DNA of 64,000 nt from a phage: the sequence record PZ027503.1; one strand, written 5' to 3'. A model generated the notes under the pieces. The model did not search any database and had not been told where the DNA came from. It saw only the letters and a list, made by a program, of their open reading frames with translations. Of this stretch, positions 37,829-47,211 are shown one piece after another; positions within the stretch are counted from its first letter, which is position 1, and each line of letters opens with the position of its first letter. Position numbers and translations under genes: made by a program.

Positions 37829-38005
37829 TTAACCTCCTGTGTACAGGGTTGAAAGATACACAGCAAACGCATTCTCGGCTGTTTTCACCTCCTCTTCAAG
37901 ATCTTCACGCTCTGCTGGCGTTAATGCATTCCGCACAGCAGCGTCTGCTTCTCGGATTTTTCTTACTAAACGTGAAACATCTTTCAATTGTTGAAAAGTA
38001 GCCAT
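37829..38005 (-). CDS. small protein (58 aa)
   Basis: Below track cutoff; AGGAG RBS; TAAATG junction with downstream gene. Confidence 0.35.
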   Translation of the reverse strand: MATFQQLKDVSRLVRKIREADAAVRNALTPAEREDLEEEVKTAENAFAVYLSTLYTGG

Positions 38006-38019
38006 AATTTTCTCCTGTT

Positions 38020-38379
38020 TTAGTGAGTATCACGCCATTCGGCAATCTCTTCGGCTAAACGATCACAAGAATCGAAAGCCACTTTACCTTCACCAGGGTA
38101 GTTCCAGAAGACACCCCGTGAATCTGTAATGTTTATATGATACTTGTCCCACATCTCTTTTGCAAGTGGTCGATCAACATATCCTTCAAAATATATTTCA
38201 GTTTCTGCTGAATATGGAGTGTAATCACTGGCAGCAAAAGCATCCTGGAAGATCACCATCACGTTACGTGTTGTGCTTGGGTACATCAATTGGTGAAATT
38301 TCAACAACCTTCCGTTGATCCTAACAACATCTCCTTCAAACAAGGAGATATCTTTTACTTTACGAAATTCTCCGCTCAT
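38020..38379 (-). CDS. hypothetical protein
   Basis: ORF in track. Confidence 0.45.
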   Translation of the reverse strand: MSGEFRKVKDISLFEGDVVRINGRLLKFHQLMYPSTTRNVMVIFQDAFAASDYTPYSAETEIYFEGYVDRPLAKEMWDKYHINITDSRGVFWNYPGEGKVAFDSCDRLAEEIAEWRDTH

Positions 38380-38388
38380 TTTACCCCC

Positions 38389-38580
38389 TTAATACACATC
38401 TCCTACAAACCAGATTTCTGGATCGCCATACTGATCCTTCTCGTAAGATTTATAGACATTACAGCAATATTTCAAAACACCATCGACAAAGATTGTTGAT
38501 CTTTCTTCTGGAATCTCTGTGATTTCACCTTTACGGGTTTCGAAGATGGTATCACCATTTTCAATTAGTCTGATTTTCAT
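38389..38580 (-). CDS. hypothetical protein
   Basis: ORF in track. Confidence 0.4.
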   Translation of the reverse strand: MKIRLIENGDTIFETRKGEITEIPEERSTIFVDGVLKYCCNVYKSYEKDQYGDPEIWFVGDVY

Positions 38581-38779
38581 ATCGTACTTCCTTCAATGCG
38601 AGTAATGCATTCACCAGATTATCAACACCTTGATCATCCAGTGCAATAACATCAAAGTTAAACCCTGTATCAGTTGGGACTTTACGTTTTATGGTGTAAT
38701 AGTCTCCTTCATGACGTTCAACATCCGCGTATGGGTAACTGCTGTTTGGATCATGTTTTACGCGAATAGATGTTTTCAT
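38561..38779 (-). CDS. hypothetical protein
   Basis: ORF in track. Confidence 0.4.
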   Translation of the reverse strand: MKTSIRVKHDPNSSYPYADVERHEGDYYTIKRKVPTDTGFNFDVIALDDQGVDNLVNALLALKEVRYENQTN

Positions 38780-39249
38780 GTTTTGTTCTCCTCTTTAATT
38801 GCAACACGGAACTTATTAGCTTCTCTCACCTGGTGCATGAAGTCTTTCTTCTTCATAATCCAGATGGACATTTCATCCAGTTCTTCTGGGTGAATCTGAA
38901 GATTACGGCGATCAGACAGGAACCAAGTTTTCTCCCACCAGAAGCGTTGATCCTCCTCTTCGTGATATTTATATGTCTCTTTTTCTTCTTCTGTGAGAAG
39001 TTTGAATCGGTTTTTCGCTTCGTACCTCATTGGGGTATGAAAAGGAATGCCATTATCACCATTATACACCGCAGACGTACCCAGACAATAACCAGTTTCT
39101 GCGTCGATCATTTGGTAGTGAAACTCACACTCCAGTTCAACATACTCTAAATCCCCATAAAAATCACTAATCAAGAAAGCAATGTAAGTTTCACCGTGTT
39201 CGGGAACAAATTCTTGCTTTGTCAACATCTCCAGTTTCAAACCTGCCAT
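38776..39249 (-). CDS. hypothetical protein
   Basis: ORF in track, 157 aa. Confidence 0.45.
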   Translation of the reverse strand: MAGLKLEMLTKQEFVPEHGETYIAFLISDFYGDLEYVELECEFHYQMIDAETGYCLGTSAVYNGDNGIPFHTPMRYEAKNRFKLLTEEEKETYKYHEEEDQRFWWEKTWFLSDRRNLQIHPEELDEMSIWIMKKKDFMHQVREANKFRVAIKEENKT

Positions 39250-39261
39250 TGCTTTTTCCTT

Positions 39262-39513
39262 TTAGTCAAACCAGTTGTATTCAGAAGGGTAACGAGCGTA
39301 GTTTGGCTTGTACCCCAGCCTTTTCATCTTAACAGACATACGAGTGAAGCCAAAGGTTGTTTTGCCCTTAGACATAAACTTCTTCCCACTCTTCATTGGC
39401 TTCTTAGGGTCTTTGATCGTCTGGTGTAACGCTCGCGCAAGCCATAAAGTGTATGCGCTCGGCACTTGATTAACTTTCATCTTGTTACCTTTCATCATTT
39501 CACCTCGGACCAA
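39262..39513 (-). CDS. small basic protein
   Basis: Lys/Arg-rich 83-aa ORF. Confidence 0.4.
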   Translation of the reverse strand: MVRGEMMKGNKMKVNQVPSAYTLWLARALHQTIKDPKKPMKSGKKFMSKGKTTFGFTRMSVKMKRLGYKPNYARYPSEYNWFD

Positions 39514-39794
39514 TCAATAGTGATCCACTCATATGCTCCGTTTAGGTCCATTTCTTTATAAACAACAAGCCCACGCTCACGAAGAATTGCTACTGCTTCA
39601 TCCATCCACTTCACCTGATTGTAGATCTGCTCTGGGTGGGTGGGAGAATTATTCAGACCAAAATCAGATGGCGTGAAATTTCTTGAAGAGTTTCCCGCTC
39701 GTGCTTCAGCAAAACATGTCTCGATCACTTCTTCAACAGGGAAGTTGAAGGAAGCTTCTTTTGCAATACGGCGTAACTGTTCGGTCAGATTCAT
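39495..39794 (-). CDS. hypothetical protein
   Basis: ORF in track. Confidence 0.45.
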   Translation of the reverse strand: MNLTEQLRRIAKEASFNFPVEEVIETCFAEARAGNSSRNFTPSDFGLNNSPTHPEQIYNQVKWMDEAVAILRERGLVVYKEMDLNGAYEWITIDWSEVK

Positions 39795-39821
39795 CTTATT
39801 CTCCTTTCGTTGTGCGAAACA

Positions 39822-40259
39822 TTACAGCAGATCTAATGCTTTCAACTCTTCTTTCAATGATTCAGGCAGGTCACATTCAATGTCAATCAGAGATAACAAG
39901 TGACCAACAATGCCTTCCAGATGTTGATACTCACTATAACTTATAAATTCAGAATTGTAAACAGAAACATCCTTAGTTTCTTTCACAACTTCCCCCGCAG
40001 ACACGCACATAAAAAAGTTACGCTCTCCGCGAGCTAACAATATCTCCCAACTCCTGAACGGATACTGTCCAGCTTCAATAATATCCCCGCTGTCCAATAA
40101 AGTCAATGAGCAAACAGACCCTGATTCACTAACATCTTCGACGCGGAAACAAGACCCTTCAATCAAAGCTGCCATTTTGAAATTTTCATCAGAGATCATA
40201 GAGAAAGCTTCACATGCAGCTTTACTTTTGAAACAGTAAACAGCATTAACTTTAAACAT
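39822..40259 (-). CDS. hypothetical protein
   Basis: ORF in track. Confidence 0.45.
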   Translation of the reverse strand: MFKVNAVYCFKSKAACEAFSMISDENFKMAALIEGSCFRVEDVSESGSVCSLTLLDSGDIIEAGQYPFRSWEILLARGERNFFMCVSAGEVVKETKDVSVYNSEFISYSEYQHLEGIVGHLLSLIDIECDLPESLKEELKALDLL

Positions 40260-40271
40260 AACATTCCCCTT

Positions 40272-40727
40272 TTAAACAAAAGATACGCCGATGGTAGCAA
40301 CAACCAAACGTTTATAAACTTCAACCTCTTCTGTAGGATTAGCCATTTTATGCTCTGCTGCTTCTTTCAAAGCTTCTTCATAACTTTCAAATCCAGAAAT
40401 ACAGGTGTCATCAGTCATTACAACATACCACTCTTCTTTTGTTGTATCAACAGGTTCTTCTTGGGGTTTTCCACGACCACCACGAATACCACCGTCAACA
40501 AAATAATCTATATGAGCAGAATTGATTATGTAACGATCCCCATCACTAGCAGTGATAATACCGTCTCTCCCTATCACAACAATTGACAAGATATTACCAT
40601 TTGCATCAGTGCTCAACACCTCGAAAAAATTCTCTCCAATGATAGCAGCCATACTGTTATCAAAGGTAGAATATAATTGCATATAATCTTCATCCTGGAA
40701 ACGGTAGACATGACCTTCTTTGAACAT
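40272..40727 (-). CDS. hypothetical protein (tandem paralog B1)
   Basis: C-terminal WYVVMTDD...EVYKRLVVATIG resembles adjacent gene. Confidence 0.45.
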   Translation of the reverse strand: MFKEGHVYRFQDEDYMQLYSTFDNSMAAIIGENFFEVLSTDANGNILSIVVIGRDGIITASDGDRYIINSAHIDYFVDGGIRGGRGKPQEEPVDTTKEEWYVVMTDDTCISGFESYEEALKEAAEHKMANPTEEVEVYKRLVVATIGVSFV

Positions 40728-40732
40728 TGGCT

Positions 40733-41269
40733 TTACTCCTTATCAATAGTGATTGTGGCGTTTGCTACTGCAACACGAGCGTAAATCTCAACCGTCTTCG
40801 ACGGATAATCCTTCTTAGCTTTTGTAGCGACTTCAGAAGCTTTTTCAAAACTAGAACAAACATCTACACACTCTGATCCTACGATCACAACATGCCATTG
40901 TGGTTCTGCTTTACCCATTGTTTCCTCCTTTACTTCTTCAAAATATTTAAATTCTTCGTTATCAATCAAATAAGTATACGAATTAAACCCTGGGGTAACA
41001 CCTGCTGTATAGAGGGTACCATTGATATAAAACTCAAGAACATGACCATACTTATCATCTGTATTCATAACTTTGAAAACTTCGTTTCCAATTGCTTGAC
41101 AAACAGCAATATTTGCTTTGTCCTGTGTTGCCATAGCTCCTTGGTCAGCAACGCTTTTGAATTTATAAGTAAACCCTACTTTAAACACGATGTGCTCCTT
41201 CTTGTTCAAGAGTAAAAGGAATGATTTCACCGTAGCTGTATCGCATAGCATCCACTTCTTCTTCTGCAC
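40733..41269 (-). CDS. hypothetical protein (tandem paralog B2)
   Basis: C-terminal WHVVIVGS...EIYARVAVANAT resembles adjacent gene. Confidence 0.45.
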   Translation of the reverse strand: MQKKKWMLCDTATVKSFLLLLNKKEHIVFKVGFTYKFKSVADQGAMATQDKANIAVCQAIGNEVFKVMNTDDKYGHVLEFYINGTLYTAGVTPGFNSYTYLIDNEEFKYFEEVKEETMGKAEPQWHVVIVGSECVDVCSSFEKASEVATKAKKDYPSKTVEIYARVAVANATITIDKE

Positions 41270-41375
41270 GTTGTGCTAGTTCTAATGTTGCACAGATTTT
41301 GTAAGGGACAGTGCTGCATTGGCTCCAGCCTGGGGTATTCTTTGTTACTAAATATACAGTAGTTCCTTTATTCAT
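41181..41375 (-). CDS. hypothetical protein
   Basis: ORF in track; overlaps upstream ORF end, start uncertain. Confidence 0.3.
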   Translation of the reverse strand: MNKGTTVYLVTKNTPGWSQCSTVPYKICATLELAQRAEEEVDAMRYSYGEIIPFTLEQEGAHRV

Positions 41376-41829
41376 AACTTTCTCCTCCTAGTTCATCATA
41401 CCATTTCAAAGCGTCTTTTGGAAGCATACCAAAATCTTCTTTCAGTTCTTTTTCAATCTCTTCTTGCATTTCCATCAGCGTTTTCAGTTGACGGACTTTT
41501 TTGTGCATAGCCACATTCCTTTCATTAAGGTTTGTCACTACATTATTTGCACGACTCGGTGGAAATGACAAAGGTTTCACGGGAAGATAATCTTCGATAT
41601 TATCTAGTGCGTTACGAAAATTATGATCCAAGAAACGCACATCTACACGATTGTAATCAGCAGCTACAACAGTGAACACTTTAAACGGCACGTTGGATAA
41701 AGTATGTTGCACACAGACAGTACCCATATTACCTTCAATTTTACTGGTAACTTCCAGCAAACCTGTATGAGCACTAACATAATCGTGAACACATTGCACA
41801 TAAGCTGCCAGTATAGTGAATTGTCTCAT
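41368..41829 (-). CDS. hypothetical protein
   Basis: ORF in track. Confidence 0.45.
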   Translation of the reverse strand: MRQFTILAAYVQCVHDYVSAHTGLLEVTSKIEGNMGTVCVQHTLSNVPFKVFTVVAADYNRVDVRFLDHNFRNALDNIEDYLPVKPLSFPPSRANNVVTNLNERNVAMHKKVRQLKTLMEMQEEIEKELKEDFGMLPKDALKWYDELGGESYE

Positions 41830-42074
41830 TTTCTACCTCCCCATAATGCTAACATTTTATTGAAAATGGAAACGCGTCGTGCGCGAGATGCCATATCATA
41901 GTTCATTCTTTCCGTCTCTGCAAGAAATTGATCTACTGTAATCAACGCTTCTGTTTTCTCTTTCAGAGTTTGCATATTCATCCATTCACATTCGGAGTAC
42001 CAATTATCGAAATACAAACTATCAAGAAGATCCATTGCTGCTTCGTTCTGTTGTGGTGTGATCATTGCACACAA
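41826..42074 (-). CDS. hypothetical protein
   Basis: ORF in track. Confidence 0.4.
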   Translation of the reverse strand: MCAMITPQQNEAAMDLLDSLYFDNWYSECEWMNMQTLKEKTEALITVDQFLAETERMNYDMASRARRVSIFNKMLALWGGRK

Positions 42075-42077
42075 CCT

Positions 42078-42308
42078 TTAATAGACAATTTCATATTCGT
42101 GAGGAAAGAAAACATAATCTTCCCCTTCTCGTGCATCTATCTCGTCCCAAAACCACTCCTGCACTTCCATCATCTTCGAGAATCGCACATGAGCAAGCCC
42201 ACTGTATTCCACTGTAGCTTCCAACACAAGTGGAAATTTTGCATGTGCCAATCCTTTATAACCACCATCATTCTCAATACGAATTTTCATACGTTTCATG
42301 TTATGCAT
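42078..42308 (-). CDS. hypothetical protein (paralog of 36897..37118)
   Basis: Shared EWFWDEIDAREGEDYVFF pattern. Confidence 0.45.
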   Translation of the reverse strand: MHNMKRMKIRIENDGGYKGLAHAKFPLVLEATVEYSGLAHVRFSKMMEVQEWFWDEIDAREGEDYVFFPHEYEIVY

Positions 42309-42510
42309 CTTTCATATTCTCCACGAAGTGACGAGCAACAGGATTCCCGTGGAAATATTCATTGATGAAATCGATCACACACGTTTCACTGCCTGTCACA
42401 ACGGACGGTGCGAAGTTTCGGAACTGCACGAGTACACGACTTGCATTAGCAAGGGTGTGCACACGATCAGTGTTAGCTAAATACAAGGATACAGTTTTCA
42501 TATTTGACAT
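42301..42510 (-). CDS. hypothetical protein
   Basis: ORF in track. Confidence 0.4.
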   Translation of the reverse strand: MSNMKTVSLYLANTDRVHTLANASRVLVQFRNFAPSVVTGSETCVIDFINEYFHGNPVARHFVENMKDA

Positions 42511-42569
42511 TTCAATCTCCTCATTGGCTATCTGTTATGTGCGGTATGCAAACCACTATACAGACATTT

Positions 42570-42953
42570 TTATTCAATGCAAGCATTATTTGCATCTTCA
42601 ATGCGATCTTTCACCCATTGAAGACGTAACGTGTTGGTATGACACGCCAAGTTTATACACTCTGAAAGGTAATCCATGCAATCTGCATTGAACGGAAGAT
42701 TGTAGTCCAGCCCTGCACATGTAAATTGTTTCCTCATTTCATATTTCAAACGGTCTAACAAACTATCCCGCCATCTTCTATCTTCTTCTCTAGTTGTCTC
42801 ACCAACAAAATCATCTACATAATCTACCAGACAACCACATAAGCCACTCGTTGTGCGATTCATTGCAGGATAGTTGGCAATCCATGCTTTATAGAAGCGA
42901 AGCAATGTTGCACTACTCAACGGAATATTATTTGTCATTTTTCTCTCCTTCAT
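42570..42953 (-). CDS. paralogous small-protein family A member
   Basis: FYKAWIANYP...SGLCGCL...QF.CAGLDYNLPFN...RLQWVKDRI. Confidence 0.5.
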   Translation of the reverse strand: MKERKMTNNIPLSSATLLRFYKAWIANYPAMNRTTSGLCGCLVDYVDDFVGETTREEDRRWRDSLLDRLKYEMRKQFTCAGLDYNLPFNADCMDYLSECINLACHTNTLRLQWVKDRIEDANNACIE

Positions 42954-43272
42954 AATCCTGAATTCTATCTAACACCCATTGTATACGATGTTTGTTTTTA
43001 TGGCAAATATGTTTTTTATGTTCGAAGGTGTATTCTTCATAACCACCTTCATTAAACGGGAAATTGTAATCTAGTCCTGCACTAATAAACTGTGATTTCA
43101 TCTCCTGTTGTAGACGAGGTAACAGTTCATCAGGGTATGTTCCCTCTACATACTTAATCAAACATATGCACAAACCACTCGTTGTGTGACCTTCTACCTC
43201 ACCAGTAAGCCAAGCTTTGTAAAACTTCATTAGACGTAAGCTACTCAACGGAACATTTCTACTCTCTTGCAT
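42928..43272 (-). CDS. paralogous small-protein family A member
   Basis: FYKAWLTGE...SGLCICL...QF.SAGLDYNFPFN...RIQWVLDRI; GAGAGGAG RBS. Confidence 0.5.
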   Translation of the reverse strand: MQESRNVPLSSLRLMKFYKAWLTGEVEGHTTSGLCICLIKYVEGTYPDELLPRLQQEMKSQFISAGLDYNFPFNEGGYEEYTFEHKKHICHKNKHRIQWVLDRIQDYEGEKNDK

Positions 43273-43793
43273 GATAATCTCCTCTCATTCTTAGCCATCT
43301 TTCATGGCAATCATCAATCACCAACATCATACGATCAATCTTAGGGAATTACAATCGAATTATCATAGGGGATTCCTATCAATTATCCCATATATACCGA
43401 TTATTTTTGACACCCCACTCTTGTATAAAAAGTAACCCAAAATATCTACGGGGAGAGATTATTTCGGGACACCCTGTTTCATGGCAATCATGGCAAGAAT
43501 ATCTAATAGAATCAATATGATATGGCAAAAATCATGGCGCATACGTAAGAAGTGCTTAACGCGAACTTTCGGGCCGTCAGGTCCACGCAGCGACAATTCC
43601 CAAATATCATGCGAATGAGAATAATTATCATTCGTATTCAATGACTTATGCAAGGCTCATGCCAACATAGCGACAAGGTGGGCCACTTGATTATAAATCA
43701 CACAAACACTTATTTATCAATAGGTTGGCAACTTCATCATATGACGGAACAATGTCAACTAATCCCGCTCATAACAGACAGACTATTATTTAT

Positions 43794-43807
43794 ATGAGAA
43801 TGATTAT
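43794..43807. repeat. ATGAGAATGATTAT direct repeat, copy 1
   Basis: Identical 14-mer at 56494-56507; both within near-palindromic AT-rich sites. Confidence 0.4.
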
Positions 43808-44202
43808 TATTTAAACGTTTATTAACATAAAACCAGAATAAATCAAGAATTTTCTGATTTTATTTACGTTTAAGAGAAGATGCTCAACATCCTACCGGAT
43901 CGCCGTTGGCAATCCTGCGGATATTTACGCCCCCATGATTAAGGTTTATCTCTTTTCTTAGTGCTCAACATTCCCGCCCGTGGCGGTAACATTTCGCCCC
44001 CAAAATTATTGACTTTTATTCTATTATGTGCATAGTGTGCAATGTATCGGAATGATGATAATCATCCTCCCATTGCCCCCAATAATTATTGCCATGCTAA
44101 TGATCTCATATTGTAATTATTACAATGATTATTGTTATTGCGCTAATGTTATGATCTTGGTAATTACATATAATGCTAATAATAAGCCAGCGCAATGAGT
44201 GT

Positions 44203-44218
44203 AAGCGTAATTACGCTT
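44203..44218. repeat. perfect 16-bp palindrome AAGCGTAATTACGCTT
   Basis: Self-complementary over 16 bp. Confidence 0.5.
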
Positions 44219-44379
44219 GCAATTATTGCAAGCTACGCAATAACAAGAAATAACCGTCACCGATGGTTATGATTGTTGGGGTGTAGTTGGCTTATTATTA
44301 GCTCGCTATGTGTCCGGCATAGCGTGCTAATGATGATCCTGGGAATGATTCGTTTTGTAATGATTTCATTCAGTCACTA

Positions 44380-44620
44380 TTATGGCAATAGTTATTATTT
44401 TAATGGTTTCGTTTGTTATTGTTCGTTAGTTGGTTGTTTTGTCGTGTTATCGTTATTTTGCTTAGTATTCATCATGGTTTGATTGTTTGTCGTTATCAAT
44501 CATCTTGCTATTATTCCTTTGATTATGATTAGTTTGCTTATTGTTTTATGTTGTTTGTTGGTTAGTTGTTGCGAACTATTATCAACATTATAATTATGCG
44601 CTTATATTGCATAGATAATC
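44380..44620. repeat. strand-skewed GT-rich low-complexity tract
   Basis: About 240 bp composed mostly of T and G on the plus strand with degenerate GTT/ATT repeats. Confidence 0.4.
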
Positions 44621-44852
44621 ATGGGTAGATGATAATGGTTATCATTGCACTAGAAAGGAGGTAGAAGGGTGTTTTTGATGGTTTGTTGTTGGTTGTTGAT
44701 CGATTTTAACCGCTATAAATGGCTCTCTAACAGCCTGTTACCCTGGGAGGTATGGTTATTCGTTTAATGGTTGATTAGCTCGATACCGCGATTTATTCAA
44801 TTTTGTTCTGTGTCGGTTTTTCATAGGCGAAAGCTATCAACATTGTTCGGGC

Positions 44853-44889
44853 AAAAAGAAAGGGCGCTTGGTGCGCCCTTGTTTTGTTG
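44853..44889. terminator. bidirectional terminator
   Basis: GGGCGC-ttggt-GCGCCC hairpin flanked by AAAAAGAAA and TTGTTTTGTTG. Confidence 0.5.
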
Positions 44890-44893
44890 TCAA

Positions 44894-45313
44894 TTATAAC
44901 GCTTCATAGATTGAGTAGATCCGGTTTGCCAGGTCATTACGAAAGCGGAATTTTTCATCACGTTTGATCATCAGATCCTTAAAACCGCATTCTTTCAGTG
45001 CTTCATTAACTTTACTGCGGCATACTTTCATATTGTCCTGCGCGTCACCAATAAACTTGTTACTATGATGCATTGCTTTGATCTCTTCTTCCAGGACCAG
45101 GGCAACTACACGGATCGGATCAAGCTGATACGCGGTAACATCCATGCGGCATTGTAAACGGCTTTTAACGTCTGCCACCGGATATACTGCAACCTCTTCC
45201 CCGTCAACGTTCACAATAACCAATTTACCATCGATTTCGAAGCCTTTAGCGGCGCTACCGTGACAAAAAGCGTTGTCGAAGGAGTAAGCTGGATTATTTG
45301 ATTTAATGTTCAT
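44894..45313 (-). CDS. hypothetical protein
   Basis: ORF in track; first gene of the GC-richer sub-region. Confidence 0.5.
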   Translation of the reverse strand: MNIKSNNPAYSFDNAFCHGSAAKGFEIDGKLVIVNVDGEEVAVYPVADVKSRLQCRMDVTAYQLDPIRVVALVLEEEIKAMHHSNKFIGDAQDNMKVCRSKVNEALKECGFKDLMIKRDEKFRFRNDLANRIYSIYEAL

Positions 45314-45453
45314 GGTGTTGTCCTTTGTTTCGTTTCGTTGTTTGCTGCCAGTGAGTTAAATATAATATAACGCCGATCCCCTGTCAATAGGGGATAGCGC
45401 ATTATTTACATTTCTTTACGTTAAAGGGCGCTTAGTGCGCCCCTTGTACAATC

Positions 45454-45822
45454 TTACTTTGTGCGGTTGTGAACGTTATCGCGTTCAACCATCAGGGCAA
45501 GGCGGATCAGTTGATCAGTTGTATCGCGTAAATTGTCGGGCCATGTTTTACTGTTCCAGCTATCCATGTTTGATTGTATATAGGTTTCAATGGCTTGATC
45601 CATATTATCAAACAAGTTTTCCTCCAGGCTCTCGGCTGTTTCACACTGGAAAGCATTAGCGACACTATTAATCAATAAGCAAGCCAGTAAATCAGCATTA
45701 CGCCAATTTTTACGGATAGTTTCATCTGTCAGATAACCAACGAGATTAACCTTTGCGCCAGTGGTTGACGTTGCGATCACTTCTTGTGCTTTTTCAAGTG
45801 CTTTAATTGCTGATTTGCTCAT
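45454..45822 (-). CDS. hypothetical protein
   Basis: Track ORF trimmed to ATG 45822 after AAAGAGGAAAA. Confidence 0.45.
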   Translation of the reverse strand: MSKSAIKALEKAQEVIATSTTGAKVNLVGYLTDETIRKNWRNADLLACLLINSVANAFQCETAESLEENLFDNMDQAIETYIQSNMDSWNSKTWPDNLRDTTDQLIRLALMVERDNVHNRTK

Positions 45823-46206
45823 TTTATTTTCCTCTTTGTGGGCTTGCTGTATTGCTCGCCCTACGTGATAAATAATAATGTAAGCGTGATCCGGTGTCAA
45901 TAGGTAGCATTGTAAAGATTTGATAGTTTATTCCTTTGATGTTTTGTTGTTTGATAGATGTTAGCTATCAATATATGGCGGGGTCGTCCGGTGATTATCT
46001 TCCCCTGCTCCCAGGTGCCGCCCGTTCAATAAGTATAACAAAAAACAGGACAAAAACAAGCCCTGTTTATTTATCTTAAAACCAGTTGCCAACCGTTTCC
46101 AATAGGTCACTGACTACCAGGACAACATTGATCAGCACATATTTAATCAGGAAGGGGATTAGCGCCAGCGCCGCTACTATGATCCCCATTGTCATGATTA
46201 CCTTTC

Positions 46207-46497
46207 TCATTGTTGGCGGTTTACGTAAGCTTTACCGTTTACGGTCATCTGTATGGCTTCAAGGTCTGGATCTTCCTTAAGGTCGCGTGCAAGCTCACCG
46301 CAGCGGATACCCTCGAATCCGTAGTATTCTGTTTCCCCGTCCTTAAAAGTTTTAGCGGCAAGGCATAGGCGATAATTAACGCCGATCCGGTTTACCGCGT
46401 TGATATCGGTTAACGCGATGGATTCAGGCAAATCATTAGCCATTACAGGCGCGTTAATACCAACAACCAGGGCAACTACTGCGATCATCTTTTTCAT
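46207..46497 (-). CDS. secreted protein with N-terminal signal peptide
   Basis: MKKMIAVVALVVGINAPVMA signal-like N-terminus; hairpin GGGGCGGTAACGCCCC in leader. Confidence 0.5.
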   Translation of the reverse strand: MKKMIAVVALVVGINAPVMANDLPESIALTDINAVNRIGVNYRLCLAAKTFKDGETEYYGFEGIRCGELARDLKEDPDLEAIQMTVNGKAYVNRQQ

Positions 46498-46552
46498 GCT
46501 TTCTAGCCTCTTCCTATTGCGTTTAATGGGGCGTTACCGCCCCGCTTATGGT

Positions 46553-46789
46553 TTATTGATTGATGTTATAATGAAAATTATTTTCTTCAATAGCTTTTAA
46601 AATAAAAGCCGTGATCGCTTTCGTGTCTACTTGTTCGAACGTATCGGAATAGCACCAATAATGATCATCCCCTACTTTCGGCGGGTAAACCTGGACAAGG
46701 AGATCGCCACCTGGTTGATCTATAAGCTCAACATGTAAGCCGGATGATTCAGCGGTTTTAACGGCGTTTAATACTGTTGCAATACTCAT
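46553..46789 (-). CDS. hypothetical protein
   Basis: ORF in track; AAAGGAA RBS; leader hairpin. Confidence 0.45.
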   Translation of the reverse strand: MSIATVLNAVKTAESSGLHVELIDQPGGDLLVQVYPPKVGDDHYWCYSDTFEQVDTKAITAFILKAIEENNFHYNINQ

Positions 46790-46833
46790 AATCTTTTCCT
46801 TTCTGATGTGGGGCGTTGCCGCCCCTTTGTTGA

Positions 46834-47133
46834 TTAGATCGCTGTTTCCAGTAGTTCGGCTAACGTCTTACCGCCTGATAGTTGGTCTAACGTTTGCTCT
46901 TCTGGCAAGAAATTAGCTGATATTAATCCGACTTGATTCCCTTTGTGCCAATTGGCTTGACGGATGATTCCATCCTTTAAAGATTTTACCGCCATTGTGC
47001 AACCGTCGCCAAATGATTCATTTTTATGATCCATTACTTCATAAGCGCCCAGCTTGCTGCTGTTAGGCACCATCAACGCGAATACATCACCAACAACCAG
47101 TTTTTCTACGGTAACAATAGCGATAGTTTCCAT
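46834..47133 (-). CDS. hypothetical protein
   Basis: ORF in track; GAGGAAAG RBS; leader hairpin. Confidence 0.5.
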   Translation of the reverse strand: METIAIVTVEKLVVGDVFALMVPNSSKLGAYEVMDHKNESFGDGCTMAVKSLKDGIIRQANWHKGNQVGLISANFLPEEQTLDQLSGGKTLAELLETAI

Positions 47134-47151
47134 TTTACTTTCCTCATTATC

Positions 47152-47169
47152 GGCGGCACCATTGCCGCC
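47152..47169 (-). promoter_or_regulatory. 5' leader stem-loop of promoter/stem-loop cassette
   Basis: GGCGGCA-atgg-TGCCGCC on the sense (minus) strand, no U-run, preceded by TTGATC/TATATT promoter-like elements. Confidence 0.5.
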
Positions 47170-47211
47170 CTACGCATTAAATATAAGTTATCTAAGAGAT
47201 TAGATCAAGGA

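Larger units (their letters stand above)
43273..44852. other. 1.6-kb AT-rich noncoding region with palindromes and short repeats (candidate regulatory or origin-like region)
   Basis: No credible ORF on either strand; Fur-box-like near-palindromes; perfect 16-bp palindrome; strand-skewed GT tract. Confidence 0.4.

Noticed and set aside
43459-44482. ORFs 43459-43653 (minus) and 44273-44482 (plus) inside the AT-rich region
   Set aside because: Low-complexity translations of repeat-rich, compositionally skewed DNA without convincing RBSs; region treated as noncoding.
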